A stretch of 63,634 nt of DNA, the filler included, from Blastocystis sp. subtype 4 (lineage: Eukaryota), in NCBI RefSeq assembly GCF_000743755.1. It is 2 parts of 2 records of this genome, joined end to end, with 100 filler letters (N's around TTAATTAATTAA, not from the genome) between each part and the next. Parts side by side here need not be neighbours in the genome. Positions count along the whole stretch, not along the records: positions 31,910 to 63,634 come from NW_014569436.1; 1 more part is not named here. The stretch is one strand, 5' to 3'. Below the pieces are notes generated by a model. That model saw nothing but the letters and a program-made list of their open reading frames with translations. It was not told the origin of the DNA and ran no database searches. Position numbers and translations under genes: made by a program. Shown one piece after another: positions 52,004 through 63,634 of the stretch (within the stretch, counting starts at the first letter, position 1; every line of letters begins with the position of its first letter).

Positions 52004-52477
52004 AAACCAAAGGAACTTCAATCACCTTTCCGCTCATGGCGCTGCATGACTTAACTTGGCAAGAAAGTCTGGCACTACGAATCAAAATCACTCCCAACAT
52101 TCACTTAGCAGGAGCATTCATCTTCTTAAGAAGAGCGGACTCGCTCTCTCCAGCCTTAGGGAGTTTATCAAAAACATCCTTAGGGAACACCATGATACAC
52201 TCTCCGCAGGAGCCACCTCCTCCACAGGTGCCTAGACAATAATTCATCCAAGATTATCCGACTCTTCACCTCAACATCGTTGCTTTGGGCAATCTCTAGA
52301 AGATTTTCATTTTCATCACATTCCACCTCCACCTCATCACCCTCAGCAGGCTTGAAGGTGAATTCAACTACAATTCGACAACCTTTCAAAAGAGCTACCA
52401 CCAAAGAATCTGGCCGGGTTATACATACGGCTGGTGTACTTGACAACAGAAGGAGCGAGTCGGCGAATGGCTTGCAT
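52004..52477 (-). CDS. Organellar [2Fe-2S] ferredoxin; stop codon probably completed by polyadenylation at 52004
   Basis: Presequence MQAIRRLAPSVVK...RFF, NLLEIAQ, CGGGGSCGEC, RLSCQV, ...IEVPLV, then T+TGAT+TGTTTGTT. Confidence 0.88.
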
Positions 52478-52557
52478 GATTTTCGAATAACGTATGGATA
52501 CCAAAAGGTTCTCTGATTCAGTATCGTCAAATTGAGAATAAGAAGGATCCAATAGAA

Positions 52558-52630
52558 GCCAAGATAGCTCAGTTGGGAGAGCGTATGACTGAAGATCATA
52601 AGGTCAGGTGTTCGATCCACCTTCTCGGCG
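52558..52630 (+). tRNA. tRNA-Phe(GAA)
   Basis: D-arm GCTCAGTTGGGAGAGC, anticodon arm TATGA-CTGAAGA-TCATA, T-arm AGGTG-TTCGATC-CACCT, T7 terminator. Confidence 0.95.
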
Positions 52631-52662
52631 TTTTTTTGCAATCAACAAACAATCATTTTAGC

Positions 52663-54177
52663 TTATTTATGCAGGATGCGATATACGTTAAGAAAAGAGC
52701 CACCGATGCACAGCAGAATACCAAAGAGGAACATGAACCAGGCTTCCAACTTCTTCTTCAAGAGCCCTTTTTCTCTCCAGGTTGCTCTATAAAGAACTCA
52801 AATCCATCATTTCTAACGTAATATACATCAACCCGGGAATTGCAAACATGATAAGAGAACCGAACAATGAACCATTCAGACGAAGTACAATCTCAATTTC
52901 AGTACGATAATAGGAGAGAGTGACTGTAAGGAGAAGTACTCCGACCAGTGTTCTTCATATCAGATTATCATACTATCCTTACGTGACCCGAAGAAATGGG
53001 CTATTAAATGGTCTGGACGAGCAGAACAATTGATGAAGGTTCTCACGTATAGCAAAGTATACGATAGGGAAATGGCAGATGAGTCCAAATCCAAGTCCAC
53101 ACCGAGAAAGAATGGGCAGAAGCGATTCATGAGAGAAATTACGAAGGAGATTTCCTTCTGTATCTACGCCAAACATGAGATAGCCACTCACTATAAATCA
53201 TCTAGAAAGACAATGTATACATGCTATAATCAAATAGACAAATAAAATGACGGAGATAGAACCGATAGAAGTCATCCACATACGTCCTGGAGATCGATCT
53301 TTCAATTCCTACATGTGGGTGAACGATACAAAAGATACGTAGTAATAGCGAGGTACATTGTAATGGCAGTTGAAGGAAACACACATCACAGGAATGACAC
53401 CGAATAGACTCCCTGTAATATGCCAAATCTCGACAGTATCCGAAACAAGAGGATCCGAAACGAATTGGCCTAGTACAGTGCCAACTACAATGAAGGTAAA
53501 GAGGATGGAAAACATAGAGAAACATTTCATGGAATCCAGAGCTACAGAAAAGAGACAAAAGCAATCTTACACTTCAACAGGCAAATTGGGAAGAGAAGAA
53601 ACACACATACAAATCCCAGAATAATCATGTGACAACTATCAAGGGAAAAAGGAGGAAAGTAGAAAGATAACACATCAACGAAGAGATCACCTAAATTGTG
53701 ATCTAAGACCAGAAAAGAACATACCAATTATAGCTAAATAGGTGATGCACGAATTACAAGTATATAGAAGCATAATAAGTGAAATAATCACTCCACCAAA
53801 AGAACCGAAGATAACCTAAAGGAAATAAAATAGCAAACCACATACAGTTCCCATCTCTCGATATGTATACTTTTCAGTAATTCGGCAACTCCGAGTGATC
53901 ACAATTTGGGATATGCAAGCAATTCCAGCGAGAAGAATCAGTAAAAACACTCCAGGTATCAAAGAACACTTAATTGAGACTTCTTCCTTATTCCTACCTC
54001 TTTGATAGTATATGCAAGTACTACAAATCCAGATCCGATCATATTGTTCGCCATATTTACAATTGTGGTTCCGACAGATGCATTGGCATCTGTATCCGAT
54101 TTACCAGGTCCAGCGAACATTAGCGGAATCGTTTCGGAGTTACCATTCTTTGGAGGAGTATTCGCAGTCTCTCCCAT
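52663..54177 (-). CDS. Amino acid transporter, AAAP/SLC38-like
   Basis: TIVNMANNMIGSGFVVLAY, SFNCHYNVPRYY, SGYLMFG, HFPIVYFAIR, many TM segments. Confidence 0.85.
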
Positions 54178-54312
54178 TCTTATACCGATATCCAAAGAAT
54201 AAAGAGGTAGAAAATAAATCTCTTATGCGAATTTGTCCTATTCGAAAAGAAATGAATGGTCAAGACAACAAACACTTTACTATGACAACGCCAAAGGGCC
54301 AAGTCACTCTAA

Positions 54313-55443
54313 CTACTTTTTCATGATATCACGGAGGATTTGAACTTCATCTTTCAAGACAGGCTTCTTAAAGATAGCATTCGCAACTTGATGATGAGCT
54401 TTCTTCCGAGCAGCTTGACGTCTTACCTCTTCCTCCTGGTTCTTAAGATCCGCATCACATTGATGGAAACGCAAATCACGTTCTGTAACGAAGTCCAAAT
54501 TACACTTAGGACAGATGAAGGATTTCCTAGCTATCAACAATCATGACCATAAAGACTCTTTGACATGTTGTTTCTGAACACTCGCCAATTCCTCTCTCTT
54601 CTTCCGTAATGCCTAAACTAAATAGCTACAAGAACAATGCACAAGAATGAGACATTGAACCTCGCGCTTCGGCATATCATTCACCTTCTCTAGACTGTCT
54701 CGATAAAAACAGAAATAGCGATGGCCTAAATCCACAACAGCATCTGTCAGGTTCAATGCAGAAGCAATACGCTGCATATCGAAAGCAGCATCCTGTTTCT
54801 TTTTGTCCTTGTACTCAGTACGCGTATCTTTATCATCCCGTTTAGTCTACTGATAAACCAATCTCAAAGAACACACCTTGGAAAGACTCATCTCAATACC
54901 ATTTTGCCGACGTTGAAATGATTTCAGACGCTTGGAAGATGCTGCAACAAGGCCTGTCTTCAAATTGTAAGCACCCGACATAAGTGGATTATAGGCAGCA
55001 CCATTCTGCGACTGATCTTCCTCTCCCTCAAAATTTCGCGTCCATTCTCCTTCATAAAGAGCATTTGCAGCTACAACTGTCCCACACACTACATCCCATT
55101 CATCACACAAATCAAACCCTTGCATACCACATCGCCTTCTCGTTCCTTAATGACGAAATTGGTAGGGTCATCATTGCCACATTTGCAACGAACAAGATTC
55201 TCTATCATTACCAACAAATCGAAGAACTACCTTTGCGTGTCATGTTCATTTCGCGTGCTTCATTCTGGGTACGAATGATTTGCGTTTCAACCTCTTTACG
55301 AACAGATTCAAGATCATCCAAACACTATTCATCACAATCAAAGAGAGAAATGCAACGGATTCATAGTCGACAGCATTCTCAAGAGCTATTTGCCTTTCAA
55401 GCTCATCTCCGATTCGATATCTTGTTCCTGTCGGAAACATCAT
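54313..55443 (-). CDS. TFIIB-related protein (Zn ribbon, B-reader, one cyclin-like repeat, C-terminal Zn finger)
   Basis: Spliced CKCGND...EGDVVCKVCGTVV...GEWTRNFEG...SQNG..YNPLMS, MQRIASALNLTDAVV, and C-terminal CPKC...F...L..H. Confidence 0.65.
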
Positions 55444-55589
55444 TTAATATACAATAAATGATAGGACTCCTTACGATAACTAACGATGAAGGAGAAAGTG
55501 ATAAAAAGAGAAAGGCGAAGAAACGGTTTTCCTACACTTCCAGCGACACTCAGCGATCATCCTCAAATCGCAGAATAAGGAGAGGTCGA

Positions 55590-56505
55590 ATGAAAATCCC
55601 TGTGGAAAAGTCGATCTATAGAAAGGTATATCTCCAGTTGAGAACGGGATTCCTTACAGAACGAGTTGGTGATAATTGGGTTTGCTGACAGGTAGCCTGT
55701 CTTTTATGATGCTATTCGGACGATTCCCCCTCCTGTATTCACTCGATCAAGTGAAAAACTACCAAATCTTGCCGGTTTAGAGGATCGCTTAATGAAGTGC
55801 GTTTTGCAGAACAACAATATTATCGTGTAGACAATTCCAGAGAAAGTATCCCTATCACTTTGAAGACTTTGTAAGTGATCATTCCGAATCAACTCGCTAT
55901 GTGGCATACAACTTTGCAAAGAAACAAGCAGCGCTCATGTATCAGGGAGTCAGCGAGAAGAAGGCCTTTGAAAGGGTGGAAAAGGAGTTCTTAGCTGAGA
56001 TGGAAGCCATCAATAGTCGACTCTTTACCAAGAAGGATGAAAAAGAAGAGCCACTCGATAAGAAGTTGAATGAAAGGGAAAAGATCGCCTATAAGTATAT
56101 GCATGTAAACATGGAATCTGCTTGTAATAATGTAGCCAGATGCTATGCTGCATAATTCCTTGGTTAAGGAATTGAATCAACAACAGCGCCTCAAGATTCA
56201 TAGGGTTGTAGATCGTACAGTTGAAGACTATAAACGCCAATAGTAGGCAATGGGAAGATTCGTTATTGTGTAGTGGAGATCACATTATTGAAGAGAAATT
56301 GAAAGCCTTGGAGCATTATCGACTCGATAAACCACATGTAGAAGATGACTTTGTTTCTGTCGCTACTTCTTCAGCTATGACAGAAGCTACGGCGGAAACA
56401 GCAGCAGAAACTGAGGAAGTCAAAGCAGAAGGAGCTGAGAATGCTGTAGCAAAAGAAGTAGATGAGAGCAGGAGTAGTGGAGAATCGACGGAAGTGTCAA
56501 TTTAA
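55590..56505 (+). CDS. Probable mitochondrial ribosomal protein mS23-like
   Basis: SIYRKV..QLRTG...YDAIRTIPPP...EDRL...FAKKQAALMYQGVSEKKAFE...EF resembles the mS23/Rsm25 pattern. Confidence 0.45.
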
Positions 56506-56755
56506 CAATTTGTTGTTTGTTGGGAATCAACAACATAGGATTGTGTTTAAGTCGTTTGTCTTTTCACGTGGAATGTTAGGTTGTTCTCTGTATCTAACTT
56601 ACATTGTTTCCATAAATTACTGAAAACACGGTTTTGGAGAAAACACGAAACACAACACTATCGACTTCGTTATCGATAATTGAACGAATAGAAAGAGTAG
56701 TGTATTGATTTGTATAGATTTAAGTCTCAGATAGTGCAAACAAGTGTGAATTGCC

Positions 56756-59340
56756 ATGTGGACCGATGAATCAAAGAAAGGATGTATAGAATATAACTTT
56801 TGACCTTATACTCGTAGCAGGAACCAGAAGGACGAAATGTCCTTGGTGTAATCAGTATACTTGTAAACATTGTCGATGTCCTGGATATGAGGGATGTGAT
56901 CACAAGGTAACCAGATAATACTCTGATTCTAAATCGTAGGACGGAATGTGTCCACGAACGAAGTATAATCGTCGTTTAGTATGTAATTCCTGTGAAAGAC
57001 ACAAATTGGCTAGTCGGTATGTTGTTTTATCCATCTGTGACAGTTGTAGCGAAAAGTACGGAAATGACAATCCGAGTGCTGTTCGCACAGAAACCTCAAG
57101 TTTTGTCCTTAAGAACGATCCCGGTCAAAATCCCGGTGGAATGGAAGTTGTTAGCAATCCTACCTCTGTACAACCCCCACAATTGATGCAACAAGTGCAT
57201 ACGGATCCAGTGATGAATGAGTTACCACCACTAGTGACTCCGACAGACATGACGGGAAATTATCCTATTCAGTCCTTTGGAGTCTCAGAATCGTCTCAGA
57301 ATGGTCTCTTCCATGATGTAATATCAATAGAATGAAATGATGAGTAGGGTGATGACATGTATTCTTCTCAATTGCCAAACTTCCTCAGCAAAGATGGAAA
57401 ACTCTATAGTTTTGAGGGAAGCAGTTTCGTAGACCATCCCCCTATGGTATTGAACGATGGTCGTGTAATCAGTTTTGATAAGATAAATAGTGTATTTGTC
57501 ACACAATGATGTTTATATCTAGATATTCATGCCCAACGACAATATATCATTCAATTCGATTGATGAGTTACAGCACTTCCACACAACAGAAGATCCATTC
57601 GTGATGGGAGCTCTTCCTGGGTCCACATTCTCTGATGGGCGTCTGATTGACAGTGGTCGCTTTCTGACAGAACCAGCCAAGCGAGAAGCATTCGATACAG
57701 ATATTGGTGAGGTGTTTGGACAGCCAGTGGTGGGAACTGGTGATGATCGTATGGGTTGAACGAAGAATTGATATTTAGTAAGTCGAATGGCGGCTCTAGA
57801 AAATGGGTCGATCCTTGGATCGATTCCCGTGGTTGTAAATGATGCTTCAGAAATCGTAGAATACACAGATCTCCTACATCTCAATATTCAATACAATCCA
57901 AGCTCATTTGCTGTGATTCCAGTAATGATTGAGAATAGAATTGAGTGTAGATCAATCGTCAGAAGCATACTCTGAAAGACGTTCGTGATTATATCACTCA
58001 GATCCTCTTCTCGTCCTTAGCATCACCTCCATCGTTCCTATTCATCAGTCATGATGGAGGTCGGATTCAGAAGTCACAAGAGAGTTCACTCTTAGCTTGG
58101 TCAGAATCGGTTGAATGTCAATGGACACATCATACCTTCAACACAATTATAACACGTCATCATCTCTTCATCACACTTGCTTTGGACGATATCACAGTAA
58201 GTATCTCTGATAGAGTCATTAGAGTAGATGATCTCTCTGAAGAGGAAGCGAATCGATCCTGAAGATGTTCATCCTCCAAATGCACCTGATTCTCAGACTC
58301 TCAAAGGGTTCTTCTCTTCTGCTTCTGAAGAAACTCAGCAAGAGATTCTGTGGTAGGAGTTGATGAAGTGGTTTATTGGAAGGCAGTTCCTCCAGAATCA
58401 TGGTTTCAATGTGAAACATCAGACTGTGAATGAGGGAAGGACTGTCACAGAGACTCTGGTGAGTGAGATTGTAAGAAACAATCAGAAGGATGTGTTACTG
58501 TATGTCCTGGATCATGGAGCTGATGTCAACTACATGTGAAGGAGAACAAGGGAAATCATTCATAGTGACTGTAATGGTGACTCATTGCTTCATATTGCGG
58601 GAAGAAATGGATCAAAAGAAATCGCTATGATTTTGCTCTCTATTTTATGGAGAAAATCCATCTTGTTTTCTGGATATCCAGATTTCATGCACGTAAATGA
58701 GAAGGGCGAAGATGCAGCAGAAGTGACGAGTGATCCATCACTGAGTTCATTGATTCGGGCTTGTATCGATCGATATTCTGTCGTGAATGTGAATAATCTT
58801 CGCGAAGAAGATACATTGGAGAGTGAGGATAGAATGAAGGAATGATTGATAGCGATCCGAAACCGAATTATTGAGAATTCTACAATGAAAGAGAGTATTC
58901 GACAGGCGAAATTTATTGTGAATGATTGCATGATTGTAAAAGAACAAGAAGCCCGCTTCCCAGCTCATTTGTGTGCAATGAGTAAGAATAGTTTTATCAT
59001 TTATATCCCTCCAACACTTCATATGCTTGAACAAGTTGGAGTGGAAATTAAGAACCCAGAGGATTACGTACAGAAAGATGCATTAAACTTGTTAATGTAC
59101 TCGTTCTCTCATCTCTCTATGAATCATATGCGTTCTGAAAGCTATCAGAGCAGCTTCAGTTTGATCAAACCTACTCCTGAAGAGACAAAAACCATTCAAC
59201 CACTCACAAGTTCTTCTCGTGTGATGAGTGTGATGGGAGACAGCAAGAATAAGATATACAAACCTGTTGTTGTAGGAGGTAATGATGAAGAGCGTCGTCG
59301 TATGGTGGAAAACAATATGAAGGAATGTGTAATTGTGTAA
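56756..59340 (+). CDS. Multi-exon protein with N-terminal Cys-rich domain and ankyrin repeats
   Basis: Exons join in frame from MWTDESKK through ORFs 56946, 57529, 57787, 58585 and 58846. Ankyrin motifs VLDHGADVN..GDSLLHIAGRNG..EIA.ILL. Confidence 0.6.
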
Positions 59341-59372
59341 GATGGTCTTGTGTTTGTTACAAAGAGTTCCAA

Positions 59373-60822
59373 CTACATATGAGAATAAGGTGGTAAAGTG
59401 CAAATCAGTTCTGTATTATCCTTGGGACGACTCAGAACAGCTTTCAATACAAATGATGGTAACTTTGGTGTAGCAAAGGCTCGACGTAATCGTGGCATAA
59501 AATGCGAATCCTCTGCTGGCACAGGATCCTTTGATACTTCGGTCACTTGCTGTTGAAGCGAAGCTAGAGGTACTGATGGAGGAGTCACAGGGCGAACTAC
59601 TGGTGATGTAACACGCATCATTCGCTTCTCTAGACTCTCTACACGAGCCTGTAGTGATTGCAATGCACGATCCGTTGCTGATGATAGTGAATCCCGTGAA
59701 TGGTGCTTAGTGATCTCTTGAAGACGCTGATCCAGCAATTCATTCTTCGCCCGGATTTCATTGAGTTCATCAAATCGGGGAGTGAGTGTCTTTAAGCGTC
59801 CTTCAAGCATTTGAATGGTTGTAGACAATGCATCGACTTGTTGTTCTTGTTTTGTTCTCGTCGCTTCAAGGGAGATTCGCATCTGTCGTAATGTGACTTC
59901 ATTTCGTTGCATCAGATCCTTGCAGCGACAGAGATATTGATGATTCTCCTCTTGAGTCACATCTTGTTGACGGTGTTTCTGTTCCAATAAGCGAACGCGA
60001 CGCATTAACTCACCAATACTCTATCATCGATCCTCTCTTCTGTTCCTACTTCAAATATTACACAGACTCTATTAGTATCTACAAAAGCAGTCTTGTACAG
60101 GGGAATAGAATCCTCTTCTGTGATTGCCTCATCATTCATTTCAAGTACTAATAAGTTTGGATCCTCTTTACACAACCCCTAGATATCATTCATCGTTCAC
60201 CCACTTACAGACACCGTTTGTCGAAGATCCCCCACGGTTTGATTATATTTAAGTACAAATGATTCTACATCGCCATTGGTTACACGAATATGGAACTTCA
60301 TTTCCAAATATGTGAAATAGATAGGATGGTGAGATCCCAAATCCAGCGTTGATACCAGAATGTTATCTTTTACAACTGAGTCATCAAATACAGCAATAAT
60401 CTTGTTCATGTTGATTGGTTTGTGCATTTTCTAGGAATTATGCATTCTCCGAGGATATACGGTGAAGAGCAGATTTTTTAGGCCTGATATTGTTGTTGTC
60501 TGCTTTATATCAACTTTCACAGTCTCTTTTCCGTAAACAAGCATTGCCGTAATCAAGTGTTGAGCAGGAGCAAGTTCAATGAACTCTCCTGGCTGGATTC
60601 CGCAGTTTAAGATACACTCCATGTTGTTTAGCTCGATTCCCTTATAGGTCAATTGCTGTTCTGATGGAGGTATCCGAAACTGTTTCTAAATTCATAAGAC
60701 ACAGTTTTGATATTGGATACGTTGATATTAACCTTGATCATCATGACAGTCGTTGATCGCAAGCAGTCATATTCAAAGGTGGTGTTTGCGAACTTTCCAC
60801 TCCCTACAATCTTGATACGCAT
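59373..60822 (-). CDS. Protein with tandem ubiquitin-like domains and a C-terminal coiled coil
   Basis: MRIKI...TTVMMIK...IPPSEQQLTYKGIEL...CGIQPG, a second TTISGLK unit, a third QTVGDLRQ unit, then a coiled coil in ORF 59373-60005. Confidence 0.65.
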
Positions 60823-60877
60823 CCTACAAAAGAAGATATGAAACAAACATAACACTAAGATTACTAACCAACGTCCT

Positions 60878-63264
60878 CTACTTCTTGGAGAGGTAATTCA
60901 TCAACGACAACTGAGACATCGAAGGCGCGAACACTAGAGAAATGATGGCCATCAACTTCATCAGAATATTCAGAGAAGGACCCGAAGTATCCTTGAGAGG
61001 ATCTCCAACCGTATCTCCGACAACACCAGCCTTATGAGCAGCAGAACCCTTGCCACCGAAATTTCCCTTTTCAATGTACTTCTTGGCATTATCCCAAGCA
61101 CCTCCAGTATTGGAAGCGGAAATAGCCATTTGCACACCAGATACCAGACCTCCAGCCAATACTCCAGCAACAGCATCCACTCCGAAGATGAAACCAGTAA
61201 TCAGAGGGGCAAGCATGACCAGAGCACCAGGGGCAATCATCTCCTTCAGAGAAGCTCTGGTGGAAATACTGACACAGTGCTTGTAGTCAGGCTCCTCCTT
61301 GTTCTCCATGATACCAGGATGCTCACGGAACTGTCTACGGACCTCCTCGACCATCTCAGAAGCGGCCTTACCGACAGACTTCATGGTCATGGCAGAGAAC
61401 CAGTAAGGAAGCATGGCACCAACAATCAGACCAGCGAAGGTGATGGGAGTCAGAATATCTACTCCCTTAATATGAGCACGAGTGACGAAAGCTCCGAACA
61501 GAGCCAGAGACACAAGAGCAGCTGAACCAATAGCGAAACCCTTACCAATAGCAGCGGTAGTGTTACCAGCAGCATCCAGAGCATCGGTCTTCACACGCAC
61601 AGCAGCAGACAGACCAGTCATCTCAGCAATACCTCCAGCATTATCAGTGATAGGACCATAAGCATCAATGGTCAAACCAGTAGAAAGAGTGGACAGCATA
61701 CCCAAAGCAGCCAGAGCAACACCGTACATGTTTCCATAATAGAAAGACACGAAAATGGTGACAGCAAGGGCGAAAATGGGAATAACCACAGACTTGTAAC
61801 CAAGAGCAAGACCGAAAATGATGTTAGTAGCAGCACCAGTCTCGCAAGACTTTGACACCTCCTGCACAGGCTTATAGTTGTAAGAAGTCATCACATCGGT
61901 CACCTTTCCGATCAAGAGACCAGACCAGAGACCGCACATGATGCAAGCAAAAGCCTGCCATTTAGTGCAAGTAGCCTCACAATAACCCTTTCCTTCAACA
62001 GACACCTCCAAAGTCTTCACACAGAAAGAATTAGGAAGACAGTAGTTGACGAGGAGGGCAATGAAAATGCTAGAGAAGATGGTGGACAGATACAGCTGGA
62101 TAGACAGATTGCGCTCCACGTGCTTCTCCTCAGTCACCTTCAGTCCGGGAACGGAGGTGGCGAAGAAAGAAGTAACGAACGAGGAGAGAATACCAACAGC
62201 CGACAGCAACAGAGGGAACATAATGTACATCCACTGACTGTTGAGCTGAGGAGAGACAGAGGCAACGACCAGAGCAGCACAAGAAGACTCAGCGAAGGAT
62301 CCGAACAGATCAGCACCCATACCGGCCACATCACCAACGTTATCACCGACGTTATCAGCAATCACAGCAGGGTTACGAGGATCATCCTCAGGGATGTTCT
62401 TCTCAACCTTACCGACCAGATCAGCACCAACATCAGCAGCCTTCGTGTAGATACCACCTCCCACACGTCCGAACAGAGCAATGGAAGAACCTCCCAGACC
62501 ATATCCAGTAATGCACTCAAAAAGAACCTCAGACACGTGAGTGTTATTAGGATGCCAAGGATAGAAGGCAACACGGAACAACCAGATGGAACCGTACAGA
62601 ATAAGCAGACCGAAGGAAGTCAGGCAGAAACCCATAACAGAACCGGCGCGGAAGGCAGTATTGAATCCATCAGTCCAGCTCTTCTGACACATTGTAGCAG
62701 TACGAGCGTTCGAATAAACGGCAATCGACATACCAATGTATCCGCAGAGAATCGAAGTCAATCCACCAACACAGAAAGCCAAGGCAGTGGCCAATCCATG
62801 TCCCCAGCACACCTTTTCCTTGTGATCCCACATGCATCCTGCAACATGCTCACCATCACATGTAATATTGACATTCTCAACAAGATGCTGGTAAGCCTCT
62901 CCACAGTTCTTAGGAAGACCAAGGAGAAGAACTACAATAAGGCCGAAGATAACAATGAAGATTCCAAGGATCTCATACTCAGCCTTAAGGAATGCCTTAG
63001 CACCATCCGAAATGTATTTCTGAATCTTTACAAGTCGTTCAGTAATAGCGGGGTCATAGGTAGCATTGCCACCCTCAGCTTCCACCAGTCCCTGCTTTGC
63101 ATCCGCATTATCTACAATGTGCTCAACCCTAAACAATAAAATAGATTCTATACTTGTCACTTGACACGGGACACGCGATATCTCTGATAAAGCGCGAAAC
63201 AGAGACCAAGGAGACCGCAGAAGACAATGAATAAAGTGGTGAACAACTCACTGCCAGAAGTCAT
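60878..63264 (-). CDS. Vacuolar-type H+-translocating pyrophosphatase, K+-dependent type
   Basis: [42 protein letters not shown] (Ala determinant), [14 protein letters not shown]. First exon MTSGSELF..., intron at 63160-63129. Confidence 0.97.
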
Positions 63265-63564
63265 GCCAGTTATAAGAATTTTGTGGTGTATGGTATTTGT
63301 TGAAATGGAGAAACGTGGTACACTGTGGCAATTGGCATGTCCCCATCTGATTGGAGAACCATTTCTCGTTCATTTATCGGTTCGGAAGTACAGATCTATC
63401 AATTATGCTTCTTATTCTCTTATATAACAGAATGTCTGTAATAATTTAGTAAAACATGTTAGATCTTTCTTCGAGTGATCACAGCAACGAGTCATGAAAA
63501 CAAACACAGAAACAGCATCCACAGACCCAACAAACCATCTCTCATCCATTGACCATTGATCTGC

Positions 63565-63634
63565 TTAAGGTTCAATACGTCCACGCACACGTCCAGTACG
63601 ACGAGCAGCAATGAGACCAACCTTCTGACCAGGT
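63565..63634 (-). CDS. RPL8: C-terminus of 60S ribosomal protein L8 (uL2), partial
   Basis: PGQKVGLIAARRTGRVRGRIEP*, with TGTTTGTT at 63506-63499. Confidence 0.9.
   Translation of the reverse strand, partial: PGQKVGLIAARRTGRVRGRIEP

Noticed and set aside
61034..63139. Long plus-strand ORFs (339 aa, 163 aa) antisense to the H+-PPase
   Set aside because: Explained by strong codon bias of a highly conserved gene. The translations have no protein-like features.
1..63634. Transposons, CRISPR arrays, rRNA, prokaryotic operons
   Set aside because: No transposase or RT motifs, terminal repeats, repeat-spacer arrays or rRNA signatures were seen. The DNA is spliceosomal-intron-rich eukaryotic sequence.

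Overview
Gene-dense, AT-rich eukaryotic nuclear DNA with many ~30-nt GT-AG introns and very short intergenic spacers. A strand-specific TGTTTGTT motif sits just past most 3' ends. Together these match the gut stramenopile Blastocystis (an inference from sequence style, not a database hit). The window holds about 27 protein-coding genes, mostly housekeeping: GBF1-type Sec7 ARF-GEF, EDR2-like PH-START-DUF1336, NPRL3, two tandem Myb genes, RPAP1, a long PTEN-like gene, MnmE, ATP-PFK, TRRAP/Tra1 (truncated), ATG18, Rad6/UBC2, apyrase, MSH5, TSR3, ADAT1, 2Fe-2S ferredoxin, an amino-acid transporter, a TFIIB-like gene, H+-pyrophosphatase, and partial SCS-alpha and RPL8. It also has tRNA-Arg(ACG), tRNA-Phe(GAA) and an artificial N/TTAATTAATTAA assembly join at 31810-31909. 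Highlight 1: a poly(A)-defined termination grammar, where the ferredoxin apparently has no proper genomic stop and would get UAA from polyadenylation, with several further candidates. Highlight 2: a ~1,900-aa secreted mosaic protein with signal peptide, fibrinogen-like domain, 15 HRM-like Cys repeats and bacterial-type Big_5 Ig domains. Gene boundaries come from manual splicing and are approximate.
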